Part shown: positions 30,252 through 39,998 of the stretch, one piece after another
Numbering within the stretch: position 1 is the first letter of the stretch
Layout of the letters: every line of letters begins with the position of its first letter
Origin: Candidatus Hopanoidivoransaceae bacterium
Lineage (GTDB): Bacteria; Actinomycetota; Acidimicrobiia; Acidimicrobiales; Hopanoidiivorantaceae
Direction of reading: 5' to 3'
Assembly (NCBI GenBank): GCA_965204495.1
Contig: OZ241989.1
Coordinates: forward strand, 1,504,312-1,568,311
Length of the DNA stretch: 64,000 bases
The notes under the pieces: generated by a model
What the model was told of the DNA's origin: nothing
What the model saw: only the letters and a program-made list of their open reading frames with translations
Database searches by the model: none
Position numbers and translations under genes: made by a program

Positions 30252-31772
30252 CTAAAAATTCCTGATCAACTCAATCAAAGTCCGCACGCCGAAACCTGTG
30301 CCTCCTTTGCCATCCACCCCCGACACCTTGTCCGAGAACGCCGTCCCTGCAATATCCAGATGCACCCAGGGAATCCCATCAGCCACGAACTCCGACAGAA
30401 ACAGCCCGGCCGTGATAGTGCCGCCGTTCCCGCTGCCGATGTTAGCCATATCCGCAACAGGCGAGTCCAGCTGCTTGCGGTAGTCTTCGGGCAACGGCAG
30501 CGGCCAGAGCCGTTCGCCTGCGGACTTCGCCGCGCCTTGAACAGCCTCAATCCAGCTGTCGTCATTGCCCATGATGCCTGCGTAGCTGTCGCCCAGAGCC
30601 ACTACGCAAGCACCCGTTAGGGTCGCGAGGTCGACGATGGCATCCGGCTTGTCTTCGCTGGCAAGCGACAGAGCGTCAGCCAAGATGAGACGGCCTTCGG
30701 CATCTGTGTTGAGGATCTCCACGGTCTTCTTGTTGCGGATCTGCAGCACATCGCCCACGCGAGTGGCATCGCCGCCTGTCATGTTGTCGGTGAGGGGAAG
30801 ATATCCCGTTACTCGGCACTTCGGCTTGATTTCGCTCAGGGCAGACATCGCCCCGATCACGGCGGCAGCACCAGCCATGTCGTTTTTCATGTGGGCCATG
30901 CTCTTCCAAGGCTTCAGCGAAAGACCGCCAGAGTCGAAGGTGACGCCCTTGCCCACCAGAGCGATGGACTTCGTGGGTTTGCCCGGCGGATTCCATTGCA
31001 GCTTCACGAAGCGAGGCGGCTTTTCCGAGCCTCGGTTTACTCCCAGCAGTCCGCCGAGTTTTTGACGCTTGATGTCGGCGAGGCTCCACACTTCGGCTTT
31101 GAGGCCAGAGCTTTGAGCCATTTTTTGAGCACGGCGGGCTAAGACCTCAGGAGTGAGCGAGCCTCCAGGTTCATTGACCAGATCGCGGGTCAAACACACT
31201 GCTTCAGCGATGCGGGCGCCTTCTTTGAGAGAGTCGCGAACGGCATTGCGCTGCTGGGGCGAGATAACCGTCATTTTGCGAAGCTTGCTCGGTTCGGGCT
31301 TGCTTTTGTAGTCGTTGAACTCGTAGCTGCCCAGCACGATCCCTTCGGCGAAGGCTTGCGACCACGACAAGAGGTCGGGGCGGCCATTGGCAGAGGCTGC
31401 GTTGCTGCCAGAGGCGGCGGAGTTGTTGTCTTGCATCTCGCTGAAGTCGGGCGGCAGGCAAACGGCTGAGGGGTGGCGTTTGATGACGCGGGCAAGAGTT
31501 GCGGCGGTGCTGCGGGCTTCGTCCAGAGTGGGGGAGTCGCCCAAGCCGACCATTGCTGTGAGATGTCCTTCGGCATCGGCTACGACTTCCACTTCGCCTG
31601 CTTTCGCCTTGAAGCCTCTGCTCTCCAGCAGGGCACGCGCTGCCGTCTTCTCCCTTGAAGCGGCATCAGAGGCAGCCCCGGAAGCAGAAGAAGCTTTGCC
31701 CGGACAGACGAAAACCACACGGACATCGGCTGTCTTCGGAATATTCTGCGCTACGGAAAATGTAATAGTCAT
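30252..31772 (-). CDS. pepA: leucyl aminopeptidase (M17)
   Basis: VGKGVTFDSGGLSLKP, NTDAEGRLILAD. Start set at MTITFSV (ATG 31772). Confidence 0.9.
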   Translation of the reverse strand: MTITFSVAQNIPKTADVRVVFVCPGKASSASGAASDAASREKTAARALLESRGFKAKAGEVEVVADAEGHLTAMVGLGDSPTLDEARSTAATLARVIKRHPSAVCLPPDFSEMQDNNSAASGSNAASANGRPDLLSWSQAFAEGIVLGSYEFNDYKSKPEPSKLRKMTVISPQQRNAVRDSLKEGARIAEAVCLTRDLVNEPGGSLTPEVLARRAQKMAQSSGLKAEVWSLADIKRQKLGGLLGVNRGSEKPPRFVKLQWNPPGKPTKSIALVGKGVTFDSGGLSLKPWKSMAHMKNDMAGAAAVIGAMSALSEIKPKCRVTGYLPLTDNMTGGDATRVGDVLQIRNKKTVEILNTDAEGRLILADALSLASEDKPDAIVDLATLTGACVVALGDSYAGIMGNDDSWIEAVQGAAKSAGERLWPLPLPEDYRKQLDSPVADMANIGSGNGGTITAGLFLSEFVADGIPWVHLDIAGTAFSDKVSGVDGKGGTGFGVRTLIELIRNF

Positions 31773-31852
31773 GGTGTCTCCAAGTTCAAAGTCGTGAAAT
31801 TTCAGGCTATCTTCGCTGGCATGATCTGTCTGTCTGCCATACAATTGACACC

Positions 31853-32719
31853 ATGACAGCAATCAAACTAGACGGGGAGCAGCTGGCGGCCAAGATAAAG
31901 GCGCAGCTTCAACACAGAATAGACGCTCTGAGGGAGAAAGGCATCGTGCCCGGTCTCGGCACTGTGCTGGTGGGCGATGACGGGCCTTCGGCCAACTATG
32001 TGGCCATGAAGCATCGCGACTGCGAAGAGCTGGGCATGGTCTCTCAGCACGAACACTTGCCCGCCGATGCCACGCAGGAAGAAGTCCACGCCGTGGTGGA
32101 TCGCATGAATGCGTCTGGGGATGTGCACGCTTATCTCATGCAGCATCCCTTTCCCGGGCATCTTGACTACGAGCTAGCTTTGCTGCGGGTGGATCCCGCC
32201 AAAGATGTGGACGGGCTGCACCCTGTGAACCTCGGTCGGCTGGTGCAGGGGGTGGATGCTCCGCTGGCTTGCACCCCGGCTGGCATTCAGGCACTCTTGA
32301 TGGAATACGACATTCCGATTGCAGGCGCGCATGTGGTGATCGTGGGCAGGGGATTGACCATCGGACGGCCGCTCGCCAATCTGCTGGCTTTGAAGAGGCC
32401 GAATGCCAATGCTGCTGTGACCGTGGTGCACACCGGAGTTGCCGACCTGGGTGCTTACACTCGCGAAGCCGACATTCTCGTGGCTGCTGCGGGATCGCCG
32501 CATTTCATATCGCCCGACATGGTGAGGCCGGGGGCTGCGGTCGTGGCGGCGGGAGTGTCGTTTGAAGGCAAGAAGGTGGTGTCGGATGTGGCTCCAGAGG
32601 TTGAGGAGGTGGCTGGCTGGCTGTCGCCTCGCATCGGCGGGGTCGGGCCGATGACTAGGGCGATGCTGATGCTAAACGCCGTGGACGCCGCCGAGCGCGC
32701 GGCGGAGGCTGCCGGCTGA
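31853..32719 (+). CDS. folD: bifunctional methylenetetrahydrofolate dehydrogenase/cyclohydrolase
   Basis: 288 aa with ACTPAGI, VVIVGRGLTIGRPLA and GGVGPMTRAML. Confidence 0.95.
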   Translation: MTAIKLDGEQLAAKIKAQLQHRIDALREKGIVPGLGTVLVGDDGPSANYVAMKHRDCEELGMVSQHEHLPADATQEEVHAVVDRMNASGDVHAYLMQHPFPGHLDYELALLRVDPAKDVDGLHPVNLGRLVQGVDAPLACTPAGIQALLMEYDIPIAGAHVVIVGRGLTIGRPLANLLALKRPNANAAVTVVHTGVADLGAYTREADILVAAAGSPHFISPDMVRPGAAVVAAGVSFEGKKVVSDVAPEVEEVAGWLSPRIGGVGPMTRAMLMLNAVDAAERAAEAAG

Positions 32720-35285
32720 CAATCCAAGCTGCCAGCACGATGAGCGCCCCGCCGATTATTGCTGTCGCCACGCAGACAAGCCATAGCCAGGCTGGGAAAT
32801 GCTGGAGGTTGAAGTAGTTTCTGCCGAAAGGCACAAGCAGCACTAGGGCATATAAGCCGGCCATTCCGGCTATCAGCCCGAGCTTCCATAGCTCTAGCGG
32901 CCGAGCCGTCCATGCCAAGATGACCAAGCCGAGGCCGAGCAGAGTCATCGTGGCTGCCGTGCGTGCTTGGCTCAGCTCCACAGACGAGGCTCGCCGGGCG
33001 ATTTCGTAGGCGATGAGAGTGCCTGTTGCCGCGATGATCCCGACTGGAAAGGAAAATCTCAGCACCCGCTGCAAGAATCCGGGTTTGACAAGGCTTTCGC
33101 TTGGGGCTAGCGACAAGAACAGCCCGGGCAAGCCGATGCTGAAAGTGCCGATGAGGGTGAGCTGACGAGGCAGGAACGGAAAGGCCGCGCCCGCCACCCA
33201 GAAGCTCATCAGCCCGATGACGGCGGTGATGAGCACGGCATAGACAGCCTTGGCCACGAACAGGTTGGACACTCGCTCTATATTGTTGATGACTTTGCGC
33301 CCTTCTGTGAGCACGCGTGGCAAGGTGGCGAAAGAGTTGTCGAGCAAGACGATCTGAGCCACCGCTCTGCTGGCGTCGCTCCCGGAACCCATGGCGATGC
33401 CGATGTCGGAATCTTTGAGAGCGAGCACATCGTTCACGCCGTCGCCCGTCATGGCGACCGTGTGGCCTCGGCTTTGCAGGGCTGAAACCATAGAGCGTTT
33501 TTGATGCGGGGTGACTCGCCCGAACACGGCTTTGGCTTCCAGATGCTCAATGAGTTCTGCCTCGGGTTCTGGCAGGTCGCAGGCATCCATGGCTTTGTCG
33601 CCGTCGGGGATGCCGGCTCGCACCGCCACAGACGAGACGGTCGCAGGGTTGTCGCCCGAGATGACTTTGAGAGTCACGCCTTGGCGGTGGAAATAGTCAA
33701 ATATCTCAGGGGCATCGGGGCGGATGGTGTCTTCCAGCAGCACCAGCGCGACTGGCTGGATGCTGCCGGGCAGGTCTTCAGAGGCGAGGTGGCCGGGGGC
33801 GTGGCAGAGGGCTAGCACGCGGGAGCCTCCGCTGGCGTGTTCAGCTGCTCGGGCTTTGGCGAAGTTGATGGTGGCAAGGCTTGTGTTGGCTGAGCCGGAA
33901 TCTTCGGCGGCGCCATCCTTGCCATTTGCTGCGATAGCGTCTGCTCTTGTCTTGCTGCCGCTCCCCGCATCATCCGCGCCGCTCAGCAAAATCTCAGGCG
34001 CGCCGAAATAGAACACGCCCCTAGAAGTGCTATCTGCTGAGCTATCTGCCGTGTGATCTGCTGGGCCGTCTGCTGTGTGATCTGTTGAGCTGCTCGCTGA
34101 GCCAGTTGCTTTGCTACTTGCCGCGAACTCTGCCGCCGCCCATTTCCGGGCGGACGAGAACGGCTCCTGAGCCACGATCCTCCAGCCGTCTGGAGCTTTG
34201 AACTCCCCAGCCACGGCAGCCAAAGTGGGGTTCGGATTCGGGTCGGCCGCTGCCATAGCACCCAGAGCTTCGTCTATTAACTCTCTGCTCATAGCCCTTT
34301 GAGCGGCATCCAAATAGTCCACCGAGCCGAAGGAAATCTCGCCTGTGGTTATGGTGCCTGTTTTGTCCAAGCAGAGGACATCCACATGTGCCAGCAGCTC
34401 TACGGTGGCGAGCTCTTTCGCCAAAGCTTTGCGGCGAGCCAGAACGATCACGCCCACCACGAAAGCGAATGAAGTCAAAAGCACGAGACCGTCCGGCACC
34501 ATCGCTACTGCTGCTCCCACAGTGCTCCGCAAGGCTTCTTGCCAGCCGTTGTTGTTGGTCAGCAAAGCCACCAGCAAAAGCCCGGCAGCGAACGGAACGA
34601 CCACCACGAGCACGCGAAGAATCTTGTTGACTCCCTCGCGCAGTTCTGAGTTGACCAAAGTGAACCGCCGAGCTTCCTCGCTCAGCTTGCTGGCATAGGA
34701 TTCCGCTCCGATGCCTGTGGCCATCACTCTGCCGCTGCCGGCAGACACGAAGCTCCCCGACATCACCTGCGCTCCGATTTCTTTATCTACGGGGTCGGCC
34801 TCGCCGGTGAGCAGCGATTCGTCCACTTCCAGCCCGATGGCAGACACGACCTCGCCGTCCACCACGATCTGGCTGCCGGAGGAGATGTCTATGATGTCGT
34901 CGGCTACGATCTCTTCTGCGGCTATCTCTTGCGTTTCGCTGTCTCGCACCACTGCCGCCTTGGGGGCGTTCAAGATGGCAAGCTGCTCCAGCGCACGCTT
35001 GGCTCGCACCTCTTGGACGATTCCGATGATGCTGTTGGAAAGCACAACCCCCACGAACAAAGCGTCCCGAGGCGACCGAGCCACCAAGATCAACACGAAC
35101 AAGCTCAGCATGATGGCATTCACAGGCGTGAAGACATTAGCCCGCACGATTTCGCCCAACGACCGCACAGGAGAAGGCGGCGCAGCGTTCGTCCGCCCCT
35201 CTGCCCGCCGCCTCTCTACCTCGGCAGAGGTGAGACCAGACTCTGGATCAACTCTCGTTAGATAAGCGCTGGCTGTTTCTGACAT
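32655..35285 (-). CDS. cation-translocating P-type ATPase (type II-like)
   Basis: LCLDKTGTITTGE, MTGDGVNDVLALKDSDIGIAMG, and an N-terminal cation-ATPase-N-like segment. A large S/T/D/A low-complexity insert lies in the cytoplasmic domain. Confidence 0.9.
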   Translation of the reverse strand: MSETASAYLTRVDPESGLTSAEVERRRAEGRTNAAPPSPVRSLGEIVRANVFTPVNAIMLSLFVLILVARSPRDALFVGVVLSNSIIGIVQEVRAKRALEQLAILNAPKAAVVRDSETQEIAAEEIVADDIIDISSGSQIVVDGEVVSAIGLEVDESLLTGEADPVDKEIGAQVMSGSFVSAGSGRVMATGIGAESYASKLSEEARRFTLVNSELREGVNKILRVLVVVVPFAAGLLLVALLTNNNGWQEALRSTVGAAVAMVPDGLVLLTSFAFVVGVIVLARRKALAKELATVELLAHVDVLCLDKTGTITTGEISFGSVDYLDAAQRAMSRELIDEALGAMAAADPNPNPTLAAVAGEFKAPDGWRIVAQEPFSSARKWAAAEFAASSKATGSASSSTDHTADGPADHTADSSADSTSRGVFYFGAPEILLSGADDAGSGSKTRADAIAANGKDGAAEDSGSANTSLATINFAKARAAEHASGGSRVLALCHAPGHLASEDLPGSIQPVALVLLEDTIRPDAPEIFDYFHRQGVTLKVISGDNPATVSSVAVRAGIPDGDKAMDACDLPEPEAELIEHLEAKAVFGRVTPHQKRSMVSALQSRGHTVAMTGDGVNDVLALKDSDIGIAMGSGSDASRAVAQIVLLDNSFATLPRVLTEGRKVINNIERVSNLFVAKAVYAVLITAVIGLMSFWVAGAAFPFLPRQLTLIGTFSIGLPGLFLSLAPSESLVKPGFLQRVLRFSFPVGIIAATGTLIAYEIARRASSVELSQARTAATMTLLGLGLVILAWTARPLELWKLGLIAGMAGLYALVLLVPFGRNYFNLQHFPAWLWLVCVATAIIGGALIVLAAWIVSRQPPPRARRRPRRLASASP

Positions 35286-35423
35286 ACACCTATTGTATGC
35301 AGGGGTGTGACGAGCAAACAGGAATCAGCTAGATGGGCCGGCAAGAGATGCTCCAGCAAGAATTGCGCCAGCAAGAGCTATGCCGCCAGCAAGTGGGCCG
35401 ACAATAGGCCGACAAGCTGCCGG

Positions 35424-35513
35424 CTAGCGAGCGAAAACGAACAGCTGCAGCACAGAAGCCAGCAATATCGCTACCAACAACGCAACGATAACGATAGTTG
35501 TGCCATAACGCAT
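35424..35513 (-). CDS. possible 29-aa hydrophobic peptide upstream of the P-type ATPase
   Basis: MRYGTTIVIVALLVAILLASVLQLFVFAR. The call rests on ORF shape only. Confidence 0.25.
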   Translation of the reverse strand: MRYGTTIVIVALLVAILLASVLQLFVFAR

Positions 35514-35544
35514 AGCTGCCTTCAATCCTATCAAGCTGGGTTGC

Positions 35545-37233
35545 TCAGTCGGAATTCGTAAAGTAGTCTTCAAGTGCCTCTGCCAAGCCGTCTGCTGTGT
35601 GCTCGGCAGCTTCCACAGCCACATCCAATCCAAGTCTGCGTGCGGCATCTGATGTGATGGGGCCGATGCAGGCCACAATTGGATTTGGTCGGCGGGCACC
35701 TGTCTTGCCCCCAGCATCGGTTTTGCCGTCAGCATCGCCGGCAGTCGTCACCTCTGAAACCAAGCCAGCTTTGGCGAATTGTTCTACGGCAGACGGCGAA
35801 GCAAAGGTAATGACATCGCTATTGGCAATTTCGTTACGGGAAGCCTCTGAGACTTCTACGCCTTTTGTGCGGTACGCTTCCACCACATCCACTTCCCAGC
35901 CTGCCTCTCGCAGTCCATCCGGCAGCACATCTCTGGCGACTGCTGCTCGGGCGATAAGCGCTCGCGGTTGCGGAGGGTCGGCCGTGGCTGTTTCGCTATT
36001 GGTCTCTGTTGCCAAGCTTTTGCCATGCTGGTCACCAATCTGCTCATCAGTCCCATCCGCTGTCTCGCCGTTTGCCGCTGAAGTCACGCTTTCGTCTATT
36101 ACCTCAGAAGGCGCAACTGAGGCAGCGGCCCCCTGTATCTCTTCCTCCAGCAACTCCTCCAGCAGGGCTTCGGCGATGTAACTGCTCGGCACTAGGTCGG
36201 GATGGATGTTGGTCGCTGTCAGCACTTCGGCAGTGGCGGGGCCGATAGCCGCCACTTTTGCCTTGCCGAAATCTCGGGCGTCGTTTATGGCTGACAGCAA
36301 GGCGCGGGCACCGTTAGCGGAAGTCAAAATCACCCAGTCGTAATCACCCAGACGCTCGGCTGCGGCTCGGAGTGCAGCACCTCCATCGGCAGCTTTTGCT
36401 ATCTCAATCAACGGCACTGAAATAGGCTGTGCTCCAGCCCGCGTGAATATGTCGCACAGAGGGGCGCTTTGTGCCGCAGGGCGAGTCACCACCACTCGTT
36501 TGCCGAAGAGCGGCCGCTTCTCAAACCACTCCAACTCTTGCGATGCGACCTCGCCTACCACTATCACCGAGGGTGCTTCCAGGCGGTGCTCGCCCAAGGT
36601 GGCAAGAGAAGCGCGTATCGTGCGCTGATTCGGACGAGTTCCCCAGCAAACAGCAGCCGCAGGCGTATCGGGCGACATCCCAGCCGCCAACAGCCGCTCG
36701 GCAATAGAGTCCCACCGAGCAACTCCCATCAAAATCACAAGCGTCCCGCCGAGCTTCGCTGCCGCTTCCCAATTGGCCGAACTTCGCGACTCAGGCGCCT
36801 CATGCCCGGTGATGACCGTCACCGAAGTGGAAGAATGCCGTAAGGTTACGGGGATGCCCGCATAGGCGGGGGCGGCGAAAGCTGATGTGATGCCCGGAAT
36901 AATCTCAAAACTCACCCCAGCTTCCGCCAAGGCCGCCGCTTCCTCGCCGCCTCGTGCAAACACCAACGGGTCGCCGCCCTTCAGCCTCACCACATTGCGA
37001 CCAGCCAGCCCGTGCTTCACGAGCAGCCGGTTTATCTCCTCCTGCGGCATCCGAGGCTGCCCCGGCAATTTCCCCACATTGACACGCTCAGCCTCAGCAG
37101 GCGCCATGTCCAGCACTGCCCCCACAGAAAGCCTGTCATAAACCACCACATCTGCCGCCGCCAACACTTCCGCCCCCCGCAAAGTAAGCAGCCCCGGATC
37201 CCCAGGCCCTGCGCCAAGAAGATAAACCGTCAC
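35545..37233 (-). CDS. cobA-hemD: uroporphyrinogen-III C-methyltransferase fused to uroporphyrinogen-III synthase
   Basis: The N-terminus has LLGAGPGDPGLLTLRG and VVRLKGGDPLVF (SUMT). The C-terminal half is HemD-like and carries a ~70-aa acidic insert. GTG start. Confidence 0.85.
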   Translation of the reverse strand: MTVYLLGAGPGDPGLLTLRGAEVLAAADVVVYDRLSVGAVLDMAPAEAERVNVGKLPGQPRMPQEEINRLLVKHGLAGRNVVRLKGGDPLVFARGGEEAAALAEAGVSFEIIPGITSAFAAPAYAGIPVTLRHSSTSVTVITGHEAPESRSSANWEAAAKLGGTLVILMGVARWDSIAERLLAAGMSPDTPAAAVCWGTRPNQRTIRASLATLGEHRLEAPSVIVVGEVASQELEWFEKRPLFGKRVVVTRPAAQSAPLCDIFTRAGAQPISVPLIEIAKAADGGAALRAAAERLGDYDWVILTSANGARALLSAINDARDFGKAKVAAIGPATAEVLTATNIHPDLVPSSYIAEALLEELLEEEIQGAAASVAPSEVIDESVTSAANGETADGTDEQIGDQHGKSLATETNSETATADPPQPRALIARAAVARDVLPDGLREAGWEVDVVEAYRTKGVEVSEASRNEIANSDVITFASPSAVEQFAKAGLVSEVTTAGDADGKTDAGGKTGARRPNPIVACIGPITSDAARRLGLDVAVEAAEHTADGLAEALEDYFTNSD

Positions 37234-37248
37234 GCTTCCAGCCTAGTT

Positions 37249-38850
37249 TCAGGCGTTTTCGCTTATAATCCAACCGGGTGGGATTTGGCCTCGGGGGTGG
37301 GCGGCTAGGTTTATGGCGGGGTCTATGAACTGCTTGGCTTGGCGGCCGTTCATGGAGACCCATGAAGTGGCTCGAACTTCTGCGTCGGGGATGCCTTGCT
37401 GCTCGTAATGGTCGGCGATGAGGAGGGCTGTGGCGTGGATCAAGTCGGGACGGGTGGCTGCGTGGGCTGCCTGCCAGTCGGTGAGCACAAGCTCTGGGTA
37501 GGCGAGCCAGTTGCGGCCTGTGGCTGGGTCGGTCACTTCGTATTCCAAGTGCCCGGCTTTTTCGGTGAGCATGACCCGCCACGCGAGGTAATAGCCCTGC
37601 TCGTTCCATCGGACATTGCCCGGCTCCAAATAGTGGCGCAACGGCAGGAAGACTTGCACTGCCGCGAAAATAGCCAGCAGTGCTATCGCAGGTCGGCTGA
37701 CACTAGAGGTTTTGCGGTTTGCTGTGCTTTCGGTATCATCTACTGCTCCTACAATCTGCTTCTGTGCCGTTTCGCCGAAGATTTTGCCGTTTGTTATGTA
37801 GCTCTGCCTTGGCTCTGGTTCTTTAGCAGCAGTTCCATCCGGTGTTCGCCCCCAAGCTGTGCTTGAGGCATAGCTCTGCAATGGTTCAGTCTCTCTTGAT
37901 GACCGAGGCAGTTCCCATGTTGATCTGGCAAATTGCCAGTTGGCAGTCTCCAGCCCAACTCTCACCCGTTTTGCCAATTGCCTTGGCCAGTCGGGAGGGA
38001 AGAAGACTAGGGCGCAGAAGATCATCACCCAGGGGAACACGCCGATTTTGGGGAACAGCAGCCAGGTGGCGATGTGGAAGACGACTAGCACCGTGTAAGC
38101 CCAAGGACGGCTGCGTCGCCACAGGAGCCACGCCACGATGGTGCAGTCAAATGCCGCGCTGCCCCAGCTGGCGGCGTAGGCGACTAGAGGTTCGTCCAAG
38201 AACGGGCCGATGACGGGCAGGTGGGTGCGGTCGGCGAGCCAGAGGCGCAAAGGCTGGGCGTGGAACAGCCAGTCGCCGTTGAGCTTGGCAATGCCCGCAA
38301 ACACATAAACGATGCCGACTTGTGCCCGCAATGCCCAGATGACCCATGCTTGAACCGCCTGTGTCTTAACCGCTCTGCCAGCGGCAGCGTCCAGCGACCA
38401 GTGGTGGTAGGCGGGCAGCAGCAAAAGCAGCACGGCAGCCAGAGTGATGAACCAGTAATGGTTGAGATACAGGCTCGCCTCAATCAGCTCGGTGTAGGCG
38501 AAACCCACGATGAAAAGGGCGGTGGCGAGGCGATGCCTGTAGCCGAGGGCGATGCAGATGCCGAGGGCAGCCAGAGCGATCATATGCAGATGCATCCACG
38601 GCGCAGGCAGAGGAGCGACCCAGCCGAACCAGCGGTAGGTGAGATGGTTTTCGGGGTCTAAGTAGAGAGTGTCAACCCAGCCTTTCGCCAAGAAACGCAG
38701 CGAACTGAATGCCACCAGCAGCCCGAAGCCGATGCGGAAAACTGCCAAAGAGTCGGCTGCGACAGGGCGGAGCCATCTTGCCTGGAAGCCCGCTGATTTG
38801 TCATAGCGGCCTTCCAAAAAGCCCGGCCTGCTAACCTGCTGAATCGCCAT
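37249..38850 (-). CDS. HTTM (vitamin-K-dependent gamma-carboxylase-like) domain membrane protein
   Basis: N-terminus ADSLAVFRIGFGLLVAFSSLRFLAKGWVD, with a polytopic profile typical of HTTM. Its start overlaps the upstream imelysin gene by 20 nt. Confidence 0.7.
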   Translation of the reverse strand: MAIQQVSRPGFLEGRYDKSAGFQARWLRPVAADSLAVFRIGFGLLVAFSSLRFLAKGWVDTLYLDPENHLTYRWFGWVAPLPAPWMHLHMIALAALGICIALGYRHRLATALFIVGFAYTELIEASLYLNHYWFITLAAVLLLLLPAYHHWSLDAAAGRAVKTQAVQAWVIWALRAQVGIVYVFAGIAKLNGDWLFHAQPLRLWLADRTHLPVIGPFLDEPLVAYAASWGSAAFDCTIVAWLLWRRSRPWAYTVLVVFHIATWLLFPKIGVFPWVMIFCALVFFPPDWPRQLAKRVRVGLETANWQFARSTWELPRSSRETEPLQSYASSTAWGRTPDGTAAKEPEPRQSYITNGKIFGETAQKQIVGAVDDTESTANRKTSSVSRPAIALLAIFAAVQVFLPLRHYLEPGNVRWNEQGYYLAWRVMLTEKAGHLEYEVTDPATGRNWLAYPELVLTDWQAAHAATRPDLIHATALLIADHYEQQGIPDAEVRATSWVSMNGRQAKQFIDPAINLAAHPRGQIPPGWIISENA

Positions 38851-39979
38851 CGGTGTCGCTGAAGCCTAGGGCTACTCCTAGTTTGCTTACCACCTCTGTG
38901 GAGATCGTCATCTGCAGTTCCTTCAATGCCTCGTATGCCTCGTTCAGGCTGCTGGTGTTTTCGGCGGCGGCTGTCCGCAAGGGAGGCGTGATGGCAGACA
39001 CGGCTGCATCTGCAGCATCCAAGCGGGCGGCGAGCCTGTCGGTGATGTCATCGCCCAGCAGTTCGCTCAGGCCCATCGGTCCGTCTTCCTGCGTACTGCC
39101 TTGGTTTGCTCCGCTGCCTATCAGCACTGCCCGCATTCCAGCCAGATGGTCTGCTATATCTGCTGCGCCGAGACCTAGCGGGCCTTCTTTGACTGCATCC
39201 AGATCGCCGTTTGTGGCTGGGCGAAGCTCCATGTCGCTCGTTTTGCGCAAAAGGTTGAAGCTGCTGTTTACGATGTCGTCAACGCCGCTGCCATCGGGAT
39301 CGCTCAGCACCGTGCGATAGGGCGGGCCGTCTTCAAAGCTGGTCGTCCAGTCCGACACCAGCAGTTCTGCTTCCGCAACGACCACCTGCGTGGCAGCGGT
39401 GAGATATTCGCAGTAGCGGGGGTTCGCCAGTTTCGCAATGGCGGCTTCGGGGGCAGACGGGCTGCCGACTACATATTCCACCGCGCTGAGACCGCGTTCG
39501 TCGGCTCCGACACGGGTCGCCAGATTGTCGGCGGTCAGAGCGAACGAAGTGTCGGCGATGCGTGCATCAATTTGTTCGGCGTCAATCTCCCAGTCGATCA
39601 CGGCTCGCGAACGGCGTTCCATCACCGGCCCCACCCACATGGCTTCGCTGAACGACCAGCTGGCACGCGAAGCTTCAAGAGCGTCATAGACAGAATTGAG
39701 CGCGCCTTCGGCAGCTGCATCACTGTTGGCAGTATCGCTGCTGGCAGTATCGCTGGCAAGAGAAGCGCAAAGGTCGCTTACGGCTTCGGCGAGGCTTGAG
39801 CTGGCTGTGAGAAATTCATCGTAGGCGGGGATGATGACCTCATCGGCCAAGTCGTCCAGCGCGTCTTGGCGAGAAGGCGTGGAATCGCTACAGGCTGCTA
39901 CACCGGCCGCCAGTATCAGCCCTGCGACTGCAGCCGCCAGCAGCTTCAGCTTTGAAAAATTAGACGAGACGTTAGACAT
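38831..39979 (-). CDS. imelysin (peptidase M75-like) family lipoprotein
   Basis: Signal/lipobox LILAAGVAACSDS with an all-helical imelysin-like sequence. It is paired with a second imelysin and a di-heme protein. Confidence 0.65.
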   Translation of the reverse strand: MSNVSSNFSKLKLLAAAVAGLILAAGVAACSDSTPSRQDALDDLADEVIIPAYDEFLTASSSLAEAVSDLCASLASDTASSDTANSDAAAEGALNSVYDALEASRASWSFSEAMWVGPVMERRSRAVIDWEIDAEQIDARIADTSFALTADNLATRVGADERGLSAVEYVVGSPSAPEAAIAKLANPRYCEYLTAATQVVVAEAELLVSDWTTSFEDGPPYRTVLSDPDGSGVDDIVNSSFNLLRKTSDMELRPATNGDLDAVKEGPLGLGAADIADHLAGMRAVLIGSGANQGSTQEDGPMGLSELLGDDITDRLAARLDAADAAVSAITPPLRTAAAENTSSLNEAYEALKELQMTISTEVVSKLGVALGFSDTDGDSAG

Positions 39980-39998
39980 AGCGATACCTCACAGCTTT

